A DNA stretch of 64,000 nt, from contig JAHDYR010000064.1 of the NCBI GenBank assembly GCA_019828565.1, positions 248,001 to 312,000 of the forward strand, written 5' to 3'. The stretch comes from Carpediemonas membranifera BICM (lineage: Eukaryota; Protista; Fornicata). The notes beneath the pieces are model-generated. The model did no database searches, was not told where the DNA came from, and saw only the letters and a list, made by a program, of their open reading frames with translations. Positions within the stretch are counted from its first letter, which is position 1. Every line of letters starts with the position of its first letter. Positions 21,290 to 32,389 of this stretch are shown piece after piece. Both the position numbers and the translations under genes were made by a program.

Positions 21290-22231
21290 ATGCAATTATA
21301 CGTCGACCAACGCCCCAACGGCGACGGGGCGGCTCTCGCAGTCACGCCCGAGGGACTATACGGCTGGGGAAACAACTGGAGTGACCAGCTGAGCATTCCT
21401 CTGTTTCGAGACTCCCTGGTGCTCTTTCCCCAAGCAGTCACACTCCACGAGAAATGGGCGGTGGCTAAGTATCAAAAGAACCTGCCTCCTCGTAAGAAGC
21501 ACGAGCTTGTGAAGCTTATATCCTTCACGCATGGAAGGACGATCTTAGTCACACAGGTTGGTACGTACATGGCAGGGCTGGCCATGCTTTGGTTCATTGG
21601 AAATTGCACGTACAACCCGCGGATATTCATGCCAGTTCCTCTGCCTGATGGCTTTGTTGCGAAGCGTATCGATGACGAGGGGTGTCTTGTTGTCGTGAGC
21701 ATGGGCAGTAATCAATTGATTACCGGGAGGAATAATCATGGCCAGTTGGGACTCGGGCACAATGATGAAGTCTGCCAGTTCACTCCCCTCCCCTTCTGGT
21801 TTGACCGGCTGCTCCATGAATCGCCCAAGTTTTTTGTTTTCCAGAGCGGTGCTATGATCCTGATCGCTGGCCAGGCTCCTCGCTGCATGGTCGAGTCTGG
21901 CCTGCTTCCTGGCTGTGGGGACGGCAGTAATGTATACACCACAGCCACGCCACTGCTGTTCCGGGGAGAGGTCTCGCGGTATCACTCCGATTATGATTCT
22001 TCAGTGGTCTGGGTGACCGAGGGGCAGACCAACGTGTGGACTTCCAGGCTTGGCAAACTCACGCTGGCGTTTGAGGCCACCCATTTCTCATTTACTCGGA
22101 CCAAAGACTGTTTCTGCGACAACGCCGGTGGCTGGCATCGGGTGAAAGGTGGGGGCGGGTGGTCAGATGTCGACTGTAAGAAGCCTCCAGCGCCTTCCAT
22201 CGTGGAAATACCGCGTCCAGATTTTGAATGA
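21290..22231 (+). CDS. RCC1/BLIP-II-like repeat protein
   Basis: GLYGWGNNWSDQL and ITGRNNHGQLGLG RCC1-type motifs. Confidence 0.7.
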   Translation: MQLYVDQRPNGDGAALAVTPEGLYGWGNNWSDQLSIPLFRDSLVLFPQAVTLHEKWAVAKYQKNLPPRKKHELVKLISFTHGRTILVTQVGTYMAGLAMLWFIGNCTYNPRIFMPVPLPDGFVAKRIDDEGCLVVVSMGSNQLITGRNNHGQLGLGHNDEVCQFTPLPFWFDRLLHESPKFFVFQSGAMILIAGQAPRCMVESGLLPGCGDGSNVYTTATPLLFRGEVSRYHSDYDSSVVWVTEGQTNVWTSRLGKLTLAFEATHFSFTRTKDCFCDNAGGWHRVKGGGGWSDVDCKKPPAPSIVEIPRPDFE

Positions 22232-22350
22232 AATCAATACCATTGGAGTTGAGTCAGTAGAACTGAGTCGGGCATGGAGCCAAACAGACTTGAGAGTGGT
22301 TTTTTTGGACTGCTGTGCAGTTTAAAGCGCTCGACGTTGCCAGACTATTA

Positions 22351-23391
22351 ATGTCGCAATGGGGCACGTTTCTCACAGTTGTGGGCATGATGCTCTTTGG
22401 TCTCCTATTCTCCGTATACTACGCCTTTCGTCCGGTCCCTCTAGCCCAGTACGTCGACATATGGGTTGGCATTCTATTTGACTGGCTTGCATGGGCCATC
22501 AGCACCCTTTTAGACATCTCGATGATTCTAGGTGCCACTATCGGCTACATCGCCCAGTGCAGGGATATCCGCACGCTCCACTCGTCGCAGGGCTTCTCCT
22601 CGCTCGTGACTGCGATTCTCCTCTTCTCAAACACCCTCCGCTGCTTCTGGTGGTTCGGCAGCCGCTACGATATCGCCCTTCTCATCCAAGCGATGCTCAT
22701 GCTCGTTGTCCAGCTCTACCTCCTCTACCTCGCCGTCAAGTACCGCGACCCCCGCCCCCCTGTGGATAGGACGCCGCTGCAGCTGGTGTGGGACAAGGTG
22801 AAGAACTTCTGGAACTGGGAGAACTACTACGAGTACATGGTGGTCTATGTGCTTTTCGCAGCCTTCTTTTTCATTGTAACAATCGTCTTTGTTTACGGCC
22901 AGCTTCCCTACGTCGACCTGTACAATGAGCTCCTCGGATTCGCCGCTCTCTTGATCGAAGCAGCACTGGGTATGCCACAAATCATCAAGAACTTCAAAAA
23001 CAGGTCGACCAAGGGCCTCTCCTACATTATGATCGCCACCTGGGCATTCGGGGATACATACAAGCTAATATACTACACAATCTCCGCCCAGCCCCTCCAG
23101 TTCATTCTATGCTCAGCCATTCAGCTGTTCGACGACGTCGTGGTCCTGTGTCAGATGTGGTTCTTCAGGCCACCCCGAGTCAAGCGGCAGGCAGGCCCTG
23201 GTACGGTTGTTGCCAAGTGGCTAGCACGCATCTCCGCTTATCTGATGACCAGGAGAGTGTCGAAATTCCTCATCCGGTATGCTTTGAAGATGCTGCAAGT
23301 CGAGGTGCAGCTTAAGCCCGCGGGGTTCATGACGAAGGCGAAGAAGTCATCGCAGTTGGAGTTTACAGCAGCGCCGGAGAATGTTTTTTAG
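22351..23391 (+). CDS. PQ-loop membrane protein (SLC66A2/PQLC1-like)
   Basis: YIAQ...SQGFS, ALLIQAMLM and EAALGMPQIIKNFKNRSTKGLS...GDTYK; multiple TM helices. Confidence 0.85.
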   Translation: MSQWGTFLTVVGMMLFGLLFSVYYAFRPVPLAQYVDIWVGILFDWLAWAISTLLDISMILGATIGYIAQCRDIRTLHSSQGFSSLVTAILLFSNTLRCFWWFGSRYDIALLIQAMLMLVVQLYLLYLAVKYRDPRPPVDRTPLQLVWDKVKNFWNWENYYEYMVVYVLFAAFFFIVTIVFVYGQLPYVDLYNELLGFAALLIEAALGMPQIIKNFKNRSTKGLSYIMIATWAFGDTYKLIYYTISAQPLQFILCSAIQLFDDVVVLCQMWFFRPPRVKRQAGPGTVVAKWLARISAYLMTRRVSKFLIRYALKMLQVEVQLKPAGFMTKAKKSSQLEFTAAPENVF

Positions 23392-23599
23392 TCGGTTGAG
23401 TCAGTTTTAGTCACGACCCTATTTTTTTTATGAATTTGTCGTTTAGAGCGTCAGTTATAGTCGCAGGAACGAGGGATGCGGCCCATGCGACAAGGGAAGC
23501 GCAGACTGGCCCTGGATATATGTCCTAAATGTAACATGTAACGGGGTTGTCACGGCACTACAGCACCACGATTGTTTGACATGTGAACCAGCCCACAAG

Positions 23600-25479
23600 A
23601 TGATCCAATCCCCAATATCCTCTATTGGTTTGCTTTTACACTCGGTTTGACGCAGATATTCATCCAGAACCGCAGATGGCCGGCCTTGGCACGAAGTTAC
23701 GGCACATCCATCGCATTCTTGAGCGATGCTCGCGAACAAACCCTCCAGCACTTCTCAGCGCAACCGTAGACGTATTTGGTCCTCTTGCTTTCATCTTTGG
23801 AGGCCGTGACCGGCGCCGCGAGACTGAGATCGATACTAGTACGCCCCCACCACCCTGTTCACACAGTGCACGTATTCGACTCCCGAACGAATACATTTTA
23901 CGTCATGGACCATCGCGCCCCGTGGCCTTCCGCCCGGCACCGCCACTGCTCATGTATGATTGACGACAACATCGTCATCATGGGTGGAACAATGGGTGGC
24001 GACTCACAAAAGCTGAGCGACACGTGGATATTCAGCATTAGCTCGCTCACTTGGACCCAGGGGCCGCAGGGGCCTGGGGCGAGAAGGGATCCTCGCATGG
24101 CCAGTGTTAACGGCGCTGGCTACTTGTTTGGCGGCTCAGGGTCGAGTCTGCTCAACGACACGTGGATGTTGAACAAGCGGGACACCACATGGCGCTGGAG
24201 GAAGCTCGATTGCTCGGGAGCGGTACCCACTGCAAGACAGGCGCCCACGTTCTCTGCTGTTGACGGGGAGATTGTTCTCGTCGGCGGTTCGGCAGATCGT
24301 GACACAGCGTACTCCTTTGACCCCGAGACCCGTGCCTGGAAGCGCCTGGCAGACGCACCGCAGGCGCTCGACTGGCATGGAGCAGCTACAGTCGGCACGA
24401 AAGTCATCTTCACCGGCTCGGACAGCCACCCCAAGAACCGCACCTACGCCTACGACGCCAGAACCAACGAATGGGAAGATCTCTGCGTCCTCCCGCACGA
24501 CATGAGCAACCAGATCTCCTTCGCAATAGGCACTGTCGTGTTCGTTCACGGCAACATCAAGGATGACTATAGTGACAGGATGTATTTCTGGTCAGACCCA
24601 GAGTTTATATTCAGGGGCCACAGCATGGCAACTGGCTGGAACAGGGTGGAAGCTGAGACACAAGTCCCGGTGGTCGTGGTCAGCCCTGATTGTGTCATTA
24701 CCGCTACAGAGCAGATATTCGCCCGAAACCCGGTGTCTACACCCTCGCTGCCTCTAGAGCGACGCAACATCATGGGCGGGGTTGACCTGATTCGTCTCAA
24801 GGCGTACGGCCAGACATACGTCGTCCTCCTCAGAGGAGGATACTTCATTCTCATTAATCAGTACTCTTCAGAGGAGGAGACTGAGATTGTAGTCGAGAGC
24901 AAGGGTCTTACTGATGGCTCAACCGTGCTTCGAGTCGACAGCACACTCCTCCATGCAACGGGTGACGCACTGACCCTAGTCCGGGCGGGAGCAGTTATTT
25001 CCGACCCCCAGTGCTTGGCCCACGCCTCTCGTGGTCACTGCGTCCTTCTCTCCCCCGATGCGCCCCTGCCGCCCCAGTCCGAGGCCTTCGTCTCTCAGAA
25101 GGTCGACAGTCTAACCGTCCTCGCCTTCCCCCACGCCGCTGGCCAACGCGTGTTTGTGAACGACGGCGTGGTGTTCCGGCCGCTCTCGCTTTACAGGTCC
25201 GGTTTGACTGTGATCACGAGTACGGGGCAGGGCGATTCTTTGTTCTTTATCATTTCTCCGGACGGCTGGTTTGTAGGCAAGTCTACGGGTGTCGTGCCCG
25301 TGTCTATTGATGACATGCCGACGAACTTGGTGACACTCAACTCTGGGTTGATGGTGCAAAACGCGTTGGAGGAGATGCAACAGCAGCAGACGCAGCACTA
25401 TCGATCGGTCGAGCAGATGCTGGTCAGGCTCGAGAACATGGTGGAGAAGAACGCGGCTGGGGAGAACAACCATGAGTAG
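23600..25479 (+). CDS. Kelch-repeat protein; exons 23600-23627, 23656-23838, 23867-25479
   Basis: FIFGG, IMGG, YLFGG and LVGG kelch motifs with downstream Trp; two 28-nt introns join three frames. Confidence 0.8.
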
Positions 25480-25658
25480 TTGGGGGAGTAAAGTGTTTAT
25501 ACTGTTTATATTGAGCTGGGAGGGATGTTATGTATTGAAATGAAGGTGCTAGGAACCAGTGTATGGGGGCTGCCTGATAGCGGGGTAAGAGCGCCGGGTA
25601 GAGGCGTGCATCGCCTCGTGCAGTTTATGAAAAGGCAAAACTTTCGCTTTTCGCTACG

Positions 25659-28600
25659 ATGAGTTTGCTGCTTCCAAGGCAACTCCAGCTGCCATCCGTA
25701 GCCAAAGGATACATAAGCTTTCATGTGACTGGCCGTTTCGTCGCTTGCATCAACGGCTCCGTGCTTACGTTCGCTTCCCTCGATGAGCCAGTTTCCACCA
25801 CCTATAACTGCACTAGTACGAGCGAAGCGAATTTCACATGCGTTGCATGGCACAATGACACGCTTATCACCGGCGATGACACCGGAGCCGTCGTCGTTTG
25901 GGCCGCAGACCTCCACGAATGCTCTCTCACGCCATTTGCACAGTTCAACAAAGACAACGACTCCGTCCGCAGCATCGTCATCCGCGAGTACCCCTCCCCA
26001 GACTATACAGACGATGATCGTCCCGTCTGGTTCATTGTGCAGTACGCCAAGATCGTTGTCGTCGGCAACTCCCTTGGACATTTCACCCGCGCCGTCAGTT
26101 TCATGGCCCCCATCAGCTGCATCTCGTACTCCAAGGAGACCGACTCTCTCATATCCATCATCCAGAACCCCGTCAAGGGCACGACCGAACTATGCCACCA
26201 CACGTTCGAGTCTGAAATGCTGGGCTCAATGAAAGAGGCCGCCAAGGCCAAGATCAGCGGCGTTGGCGATGCTAGGATGATTGTCACTGTGTTGGAGCAC
26301 GGGCTTGTTGCCACTACTGCTCTGGGCACCAACCGCATGACCGTGTGGAAGCTCGCCGAGCTCTCGACGAACACCCTGCAAACCCCCTCGGTCGCGCAGA
26401 TTATGGCAGTCGCATACCACCGTTCGTCACACACGCTCCTGGCAGCAGCAATTGATGGCAAGGCCTACGCCTGGTCTTTTGCTAACCCCGACGGCGAGCC
26501 CTCCTCCCAGTGGGCTGCCCTGTCTCCACTGCCGACCTACTCGCCCACCGGGTCGGCACAGACGGCCGTAGTGCAGGCTATCACTGCCAACGGTGTCCCC
26601 CACTTCTCTCTCTGGGTCGGGTCATCGCGTTACTTCGTTTCAGTCGCCCCGCCGCTGCATGCCGCCGCCCCCGGCATCATCGCTGTCCAACAAGCCCCGC
26701 TAGGTGTCCGTGTAGACCTAGGCGGGGTGGCCCACCGCATGTCCCTCGACGGCGTGGGCGGGCTCCCCGTCTCCCTTGCTGTGTCAGGCCCCACCGACGC
26801 ACCTGGGCTTGTGGTTGCAGCTAACAGAGACGTAGTTACTGTCCACCATGCTAACCGCGAAGGTGTGCGTCTTGTCAACACGCTGAGCGCCTCGAACCTC
26901 GGCGGGGAGGTCACCGCAGTATGTCTCCCCCCGATCTCTGAAGAGCCCCGCGTCCTTTTCGTTGCCACCAGTGCTTCCATCCACCGTGTTGTCGTCTCGG
27001 GCGGAGTAATCAGAGATTCGATCGATATCCCCCCGGCAATGAAAGGTGACACGATCCGTCTACTCCAAGCTTCAGCCAATGGTAGGTACATTGCTGCTGT
27101 CACACACTGTGGGCTCGTCGCTGTCGTTGACGCCAGCCGCCCTTCTCGAATGACTCTTCACAAACAGACTGTCTTTGTCTCGCCCGGTGACTTTGACTTC
27201 AGAGTCATATCCCACGCAGTAAGCGCTGACGGCACCGCTGTTGCCCTGATTCTCTCGCAGACCCTTGATGTCATCCCTGAGACGAGTACGATTCTCGTTA
27301 TTGCACGTACCGATAACGGGATGATCGACTCAATCGACCTCGACCAGTACGGTGGCACCCCCTCCAGTATCGCGTGGGACGCGACATGTCCCAGACTCCT
27401 AGGTGTGCTTGTTACTCGCTCGCCCGACGACGTGGCTGCCGATGACGAGGACGAGGAGGGTGGGGCTGCCGAGCTCCCCTGCAGTACTGTGCTCATGAGT
27501 TTCTTTCACGACACCACCACCGGCCGCATCATCCAGCACGAGGACCGCGAGCAGCCCGACGCTGCTATCCTTCTGAGTGTTAGAGCGCCGCATTGGACTG
27601 TTCTCCCCCACTCAGTTGGGTCTCCCGCGAAGACGTATACGCTCAAGGACTTTGCCGGATCTGACTCCCACGTCGACGACGACAAGGTCGCAGGCATGCT
27701 CGACTTTTCATACGAACTCGCTTGCGGTAGGGCTGACCGAGCTTTTGAGCTAGTCCGAGGCCTTCCTGGCGGAGCTCTCTGGTCAAACCTGGCGGCACTG
27801 TGTGTGAAGAACCTCGAGCTCCCCATGGCCCTCCAGTGTCTTGCCCAGGCCAGTGATCTTGTAGGGATAAGGATCGGCGAGAGTGGCCTCACAACAGACG
27901 AACAGCTTGCAATGGTTGCAATGCACCTTGGAGTAGAGGGTGTCGCTCAAGAGAAACTCAACTCCTACCAACTCGCCGACCTCTACGTGGCCCACTCAAT
28001 GTGGGCAAAGGCCATGGAGGTCGCCAAGGCAGACGCTATAGTTGCACCGACTGTCTGGCACAGTTACGGGAGAATGCTCGAAGGGTGTGGCCAGTATAAG
28101 GTGGCGGCTCAAGCATACGCTACGGCTGGGACTGCTGAAGCAGACGTGCCTCGCATGCTTGCTGCAGCTGGCATGCTCGACCGTGCGACCGAGTTCGGCT
28201 CAGTCTCTTCTGATTGGACGGCCAAGTACCTCGAATCGACTGGAAAAGTCCGCGAAGCTTTTGATTTATTCAAAGGTGCGAGTGACAGCATGAATGTCGC
28301 CCGCATCAAGGCCAAGCTCCTCCTCCAACGACTCAGAGACCATCCAGAGTCGACCGAGTCTGTTGTTAGAGACATGCTCGCGCTCTCATCGTCCCTCGAC
28401 AGGATCCAAGACGGTCGATCCCACTACTTTGTGGGCCAGGCGCTGGAGGAGGCAGCTGAGGCCGCACCGTCAAGCACAGCTTCTCTGATCGAGCGTGCGG
28501 CGGGCCATTTCATGAGCGCAGGATATCCCGCTCACGCCCTGCGGCTGGCAATCGACCTCGACGATCAGCAGATCGTCTCTAGGCACGCCAAGGCCGCTAC

Positions 28601-29873
28601 TAACATGCTCAAGGGCAAGCGGCTTCAGGGTGCTGTTCAGGCAGCGTGTAAGTATCTCCTCGGTCGCGGAGACGTTCATGGCGCGGTAAGCATTCTCCAG
28701 AGCGCGGGTAGAGCGGTCGAAGCTCTCCAGCTCTGTCTGGCTTACCCACGCGATCCTGCGATCGCACGAATGGTGCCCGCCATCGTCGACAAGATCGATC
28801 CGGTTCACCTCCCCATTGAGCAGCGCAAGGCCCTCGCCGACAGTCTACAGACCACCGCACCTGACGCGGCGCTCAGACTGCTCATTTCTACTGGCGAGAT
28901 CGACGAGGCACTGGAGCTGTGCAGGTCGACTTCGATGACCCTGACGGACGATGTGGCCGCCGCTCTTTTGCCCACAGGCAAGTCTTCCGCACGGCTCGAG
29001 GTGGCCCGTTTCTTGGGCGATCGGTTTGCTGACCAAGCGGATCACCAGGCCGCCGCCAAGTACTACCGGATTGCCGGAGAAAAGATGCGAGTGCTCCAGA
29101 TGCTACTGGGCAGTCGTGTGGGCGATCATTCAGGCCGTATGGGTCAGCTCCGCATCATTCAGAACTTTGCCGTCTCGGCCCGTTCGCCCGAGATTTGCGT
29201 GGCTGCCGCGACCTCCCTCAAGCACCAGCGCTGGGACTTGAACGCCGACCCAGCCCAGCAGGAGTACCTCGACGCTGTTGCTATGACTGTGATGTCACTC
29301 TACGCTAAGGCGCGAACCCTAGATTCTTTGAGACAGCTTCGTGACTTTGCAATGAGTCGCGCGACTGCAGAGATTGACAGCAATAGGGATTACGACGCTG
29401 CGCTTACTGTGCTTGTCAAGGCAAAGGACGCGCTGGACGGGGCCGCCAAGCGTCAGATTGATGCCAATCCACTCGCTGATACGGTCAGAGAAGCCTATGT
29501 GAATGTCAACCAGTTCGTCGAGACCCGCTCCCTCGCTGCAGACACGGAGAGCGGCTTTATCTCTGGCTGCGAGGATCTCTTGGCTAAGGGGACCGTCGAG
29601 CCTGTCAAACGTGGAGACATTTATGCCCTGCTCGTTGAGTTCTGGCTCAAGAAGGCTGGGTCGACAGGTGATGCGTCCGACTGGGCGTCTGCGTACCGTT
29701 ATGCGAGCCGAATGGTGTCAGATCCTGATATTATCATCAGATACTACCTCACTCGCGAGAATCTGTTGCCGATCTGGCTGAACGCCGAGCCTGATGAGCC
29801 ATTCCCTGAGCATCTGTTCGAGGAGGAAGGCGAGGAGGAGGTCATGGAGGAGATCATGAGTGATGAGGACTAA
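25659..29873 (+). CDS. IFT140: Intraflagellar transport protein 140
   Basis: N-terminal WD40 region plus TPR solenoid; WSNLAALCVK, FAVSARSPEICVAAA, EIDSNRDYDAAL and RGDIYALLVE match IFT140 blocks. Confidence 0.85.
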   Translation: MSLLLPRQLQLPSVAKGYISFHVTGRFVACINGSVLTFASLDEPVSTTYNCTSTSEANFTCVAWHNDTLITGDDTGAVVVWAADLHECSLTPFAQFNKDNDSVRSIVIREYPSPDYTDDDRPVWFIVQYAKIVVVGNSLGHFTRAVSFMAPISCISYSKETDSLISIIQNPVKGTTELCHHTFESEMLGSMKEAAKAKISGVGDARMIVTVLEHGLVATTALGTNRMTVWKLAELSTNTLQTPSVAQIMAVAYHRSSHTLLAAAIDGKAYAWSFANPDGEPSSQWAALSPLPTYSPTGSAQTAVVQAITANGVPHFSLWVGSSRYFVSVAPPLHAAAPGIIAVQQAPLGVRVDLGGVAHRMSLDGVGGLPVSLAVSGPTDAPGLVVAANRDVVTVHHANREGVRLVNTLSASNLGGEVTAVCLPPISEEPRVLFVATSASIHRVVVSGGVIRDSIDIPPAMKGDTIRLLQASANGRYIAAVTHCGLVAVVDASRPSRMTLHKQTVFVSPGDFDFRVISHAVSADGTAVALILSQTLDVIPETSTILVIARTDNGMIDSIDLDQYGGTPSSIAWDATCPRLLGVLVTRSPDDVAADDEDEEGGAAELPCSTVLMSFFHDTTTGRIIQHEDREQPDAAILLSVRAPHWTVLPHSVGSPAKTYTLKDFAGSDSHVDDDKVAGMLDFSYELACGRADRAFELVRGLPGGALWSNLAALCVKNLELPMALQCLAQASDLVGIRIGESGLTTDEQLAMVAMHLGVEGVAQEKLNSYQLADLYVAHSMWAKAMEVAKADAIVAPTVWHSYGRMLEGCGQYKVAAQAYATAGTAEADVPRMLAAAGMLDRATEFGSVSSDWTAKYLESTGKVREAFDLFKGASDSMNVARIKAKLLLQRLRDHPESTESVVRDMLALSSSLDRIQDGRSHYFVGQALEEAAEAAPSSTASLIERAAGHFMSAGYPAHALRLAIDLDDQQIVSRHAKAATNMLKGKRLQGAVQAACKYLLGRGDVHGAVSILQSAGRAVEALQLCLAYPRDPAIARMVPAIVDKIDPVHLPIEQRKALADSLQTTAPDAALRLLISTGEIDEALELCRSTSMTLTDDVAAALLPTGKSSARLEVARFLGDRFADQADHQAAAKYYRIAGEKMRVLQMLLGSRVGDHSGRMGQLRIIQNFAVSARSPEICVAAATSLKHQRWDLNADPAQQEYLDAVAMTVMSLYAKARTLDSLRQLRDFAMSRATAEIDSNRDYDAALTVLVKAKDALDGAAKRQIDANPLADTVREAYVNVNQFVETRSLAADTESGFISGCEDLLAKGTVEPVKRGDIYALLVEFWLKKAGSTGDASDWASAYRYASRMVSDPDIIIRYYLTRENLLPIWLNAEPDEPFPEHLFEEEGEEEVMEEIMSDED

Positions 29874-29959
29874 AGACTGTGTTCATTCAAAGTTGTGCAA
29901 TTGATGTCGTCTGGGTGCTGTTGTGACGTATAGCTTGGCATAGGATGCGTTTATTCAGC

Positions 29960-30445
29960 TTAATCCATCTCCTCGAGGCCATCTCCAGTGACATCCTCGT
30001 CGCCATCCTCTTCCTCGTCAGATCCTGCGTCGAATTCGGGCATGTCAACACCGCCAGCCTGAGCCATGCTCTCGAACTGAGACATGTCTAGGTTAGCCAT
30101 AGGGTCATGCTCCTCCTCGTCGTCTTCATCGCGCCACCTGGACCAATCGATCTTGATATGCTGGCTCTTGGGGCCTTCTTGGAGCTTCGGCCACCAGCCG
30201 GGCGATGCTTTCTCAATAATCATGAAGCAGTTGAGAGGGAGGTACTTAACGAGAGCATCGGGGTTCACGGGATCAAGGAACTTAAGCTCAATGGCGTATT
30301 CTTCGCCCTTGGCGTTCTTGGCGTCAAACTTCAAGGTATCCTTCGTGAGGGACAGGCCTTTGCGGATGTTCTCAAAGCCGGGAGCATTAATGGTTACAAA
30401 GAGGCGTGTTTCATCCTGAGCCCAGGTAATATCGCAGTAGTGCAT
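29960..30445 (-). CDS. Hsp90 co-chaperone p23 (PTGES3/Sba1-like)
   Basis: WAQD..LFVTI, WWPKL, IKIDWSRWRDEDDE and an acidic tail. Confidence 0.9.
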   Translation of the reverse strand: MHYCDITWAQDETRLFVTINAPGFENIRKGLSLTKDTLKFDAKNAKGEEYAIELKFLDPVNPDALVKYLPLNCFMIIEKASPGWWPKLQEGPKSQHIKIDWSRWRDEDDEEEHDPMANLDMSQFESMAQAGGVDMPEFDAGSDEEEDGDEDVTGDGLEEMD

Positions 30446-30948
30446 TTGTCGTGTCAACAATCTTCGTGTGATGTCTGGAGATCGATCCGGTCGAATTGAT
30501 CGGACGGCGCGGCAGCCAAGCCAGGCAAATCGAGCCGAACGGGCTAAGATAACTCCGCTGGTCGGCTAGATCGCTTTTTGAACGCACGATGATGGTCATA
30601 CCGCCAACGAACATATATGCCTGACTGCGACGAGCAAGTTGGTTGCAACATGCGCGGCGAACAACACTGTAAGTCAAGTATGACCGAGTTGAGACCATGT
30701 CAATGTTGCTCCAACGCGCATGAACCCAACCCAGCACCGCCGACTGAGTCAAATTTTTATGAGAGAAAAAATCGGTTTCATGCGCGATGGGATCTCTTGC
30801 AGGATAGGCTAGCTTTCCGGCAAAAGGGCGATAATTGGCTAGATTTCAGAATATTCCGATGATTCATTTGCGCGATCTCCGCTCTTTTTAGCACCGGATC
30901 CATTTTTTTCTGCGAAAAAATCATATCAAAGCGACCACTTCCGCAAAA

Positions 30949-32220
30949 ATGTCAAGAATCAAGCTCTTTGCTCTTCTTTTCCTTGTCACCGTTGCTGTGT
31001 GCGATACTACATCGCGCACTGCTCGTATCTCCTGGACTAACCCCAACGTCACCAGATACCTCCCGACTGACATCGATTACCTCCTCCCCAAGGCCGACGG
31101 CTCTGGCTTTGACGCCCTCTCCACCTCCATGGACACTAACAGCTATCCCTGGAAGTTTATCACCTTCAACTTCTACCGCATGGTCGTCGAGGACCTCCTC
31201 ACCCATCCTGCGGCTGATATCATCGACATCCCCGTCGACCAGACCTTCACCTTTGTCACCACCCTTGACACCCCCACAGGCGCCCCCGTACCCAACCCCA
31301 CCTACGAGGACAACAAGCCCCACATCTTCGTCCGCAATGCCACCGATTCTTTCTGGTCCCTCAACTACCATGGTTCCACGCTCGGCTCTGCTTCCCTCGG
31401 GCGTTCCACCGAGGAGCCGATGCCTATGTTCTGCGACGGCTCCAGCGTCTTCATTTACACCGGGAACGAGATCCTCAAGTTCGGCATGGACCTCACCCTC
31501 CAGGGCAACGTCACCGTCGACTCCACCGATGTTTCGTTCCAGCAGATCATGAACTACGACAAGAACGGCATCTCCAAGATCCTCATCGGTGCCAACGATG
31601 CCGACGAGGCCGTCATTGTCAGCATCAACACCGACTTCTCTGCTGTCGTTGCCACCAACGTCGTTAGCATCATCGACAACGTTCAGATGACCGACTTCGC
31701 CGCGCCCATCTCCGCCTCCAAGAATGTTGCCCCGGATTCGATCCACTACGGCTTCATCGACTTCGACACCACCGAGAACAACTGGGTCTTCACTGTCGAC
31801 GGCTGGGCCAACCAGACGGGCACGTACATGTCAATGGCTCGGATCGGGAAGGACGTCCGTAACGACCGCCTTGTTCTCAACACCATGTGGATGTCAAATG
31901 ACTTCAGCTCTATGGGCCAGAAGTGGCAGACCCTCAACCTCGACCAGACCCCCATCGAAGGCGAGTCCGGAACCGTCGAGTATGATCTGTCCGACCCCGC
32001 CTATTCCTGCATGATGGAGGATCCCGGTTGCTTCGATTTGACCATGAGGGTGTATGCTGACGTCCTCATGAAGACCCATGAGAGCAAGCCCACTGAAGAC
32101 GGTGTCCAGGATTTCGTCAACGAGTTCATCTTCACCATGGCGAACGATCCTCATGACTCCGGCATGTGGGTCAAGGCCGGTCTTCTCGCCGTCCTTCTCG
32201 CCCTGGCCCTCCTGGCTTAA
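30949..32220 (+). CDS. Secreted surface protein with a C-terminal hydrophobic (GPI/TM) anchor; unknown family
   Basis: Signal peptide, beta-rich body and C-terminal LLAVLLALALLA; strong C-ending codon bias. Confidence 0.75.
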   Translation: MSRIKLFALLFLVTVAVCDTTSRTARISWTNPNVTRYLPTDIDYLLPKADGSGFDALSTSMDTNSYPWKFITFNFYRMVVEDLLTHPAADIIDIPVDQTFTFVTTLDTPTGAPVPNPTYEDNKPHIFVRNATDSFWSLNYHGSTLGSASLGRSTEEPMPMFCDGSSVFIYTGNEILKFGMDLTLQGNVTVDSTDVSFQQIMNYDKNGISKILIGANDADEAVIVSINTDFSAVVATNVVSIIDNVQMTDFAAPISASKNVAPDSIHYGFIDFDTTENNWVFTVDGWANQTGTYMSMARIGKDVRNDRLVLNTMWMSNDFSSMGQKWQTLNLDQTPIEGESGTVEYDLSDPAYSCMMEDPGCFDLTMRVYADVLMKTHESKPTEDGVQDFVNEFIFTMANDPHDSGMWVKAGLLAVLLALALLA

Positions 32221-32389
32221 GGCTGAGTCTGCTAATGTAAACACAAGAGTGTGAGATGCCGTTAGAATGACATACTGAGGCCAAGGGTTAAGACGAGTAC
32301 AACAACAATTCAGCACGGGCTCAGCTGCCCAGAAAAAGACGCACTTTAACCATCCATGGACGATCTGCTTGCCTGCGATGCTACTCTCC

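Noticed and set aside
30585-30690. GATGATG...CTGA and a GGTCATAC/GTATGACC stem, possible C/D snoRNA; similar TAGTCTGGT/ACCAGACTA stem at 46659-46720
   Set aside because: Box placement does not fit a terminal stem and no rRNA complementarity could be verified.
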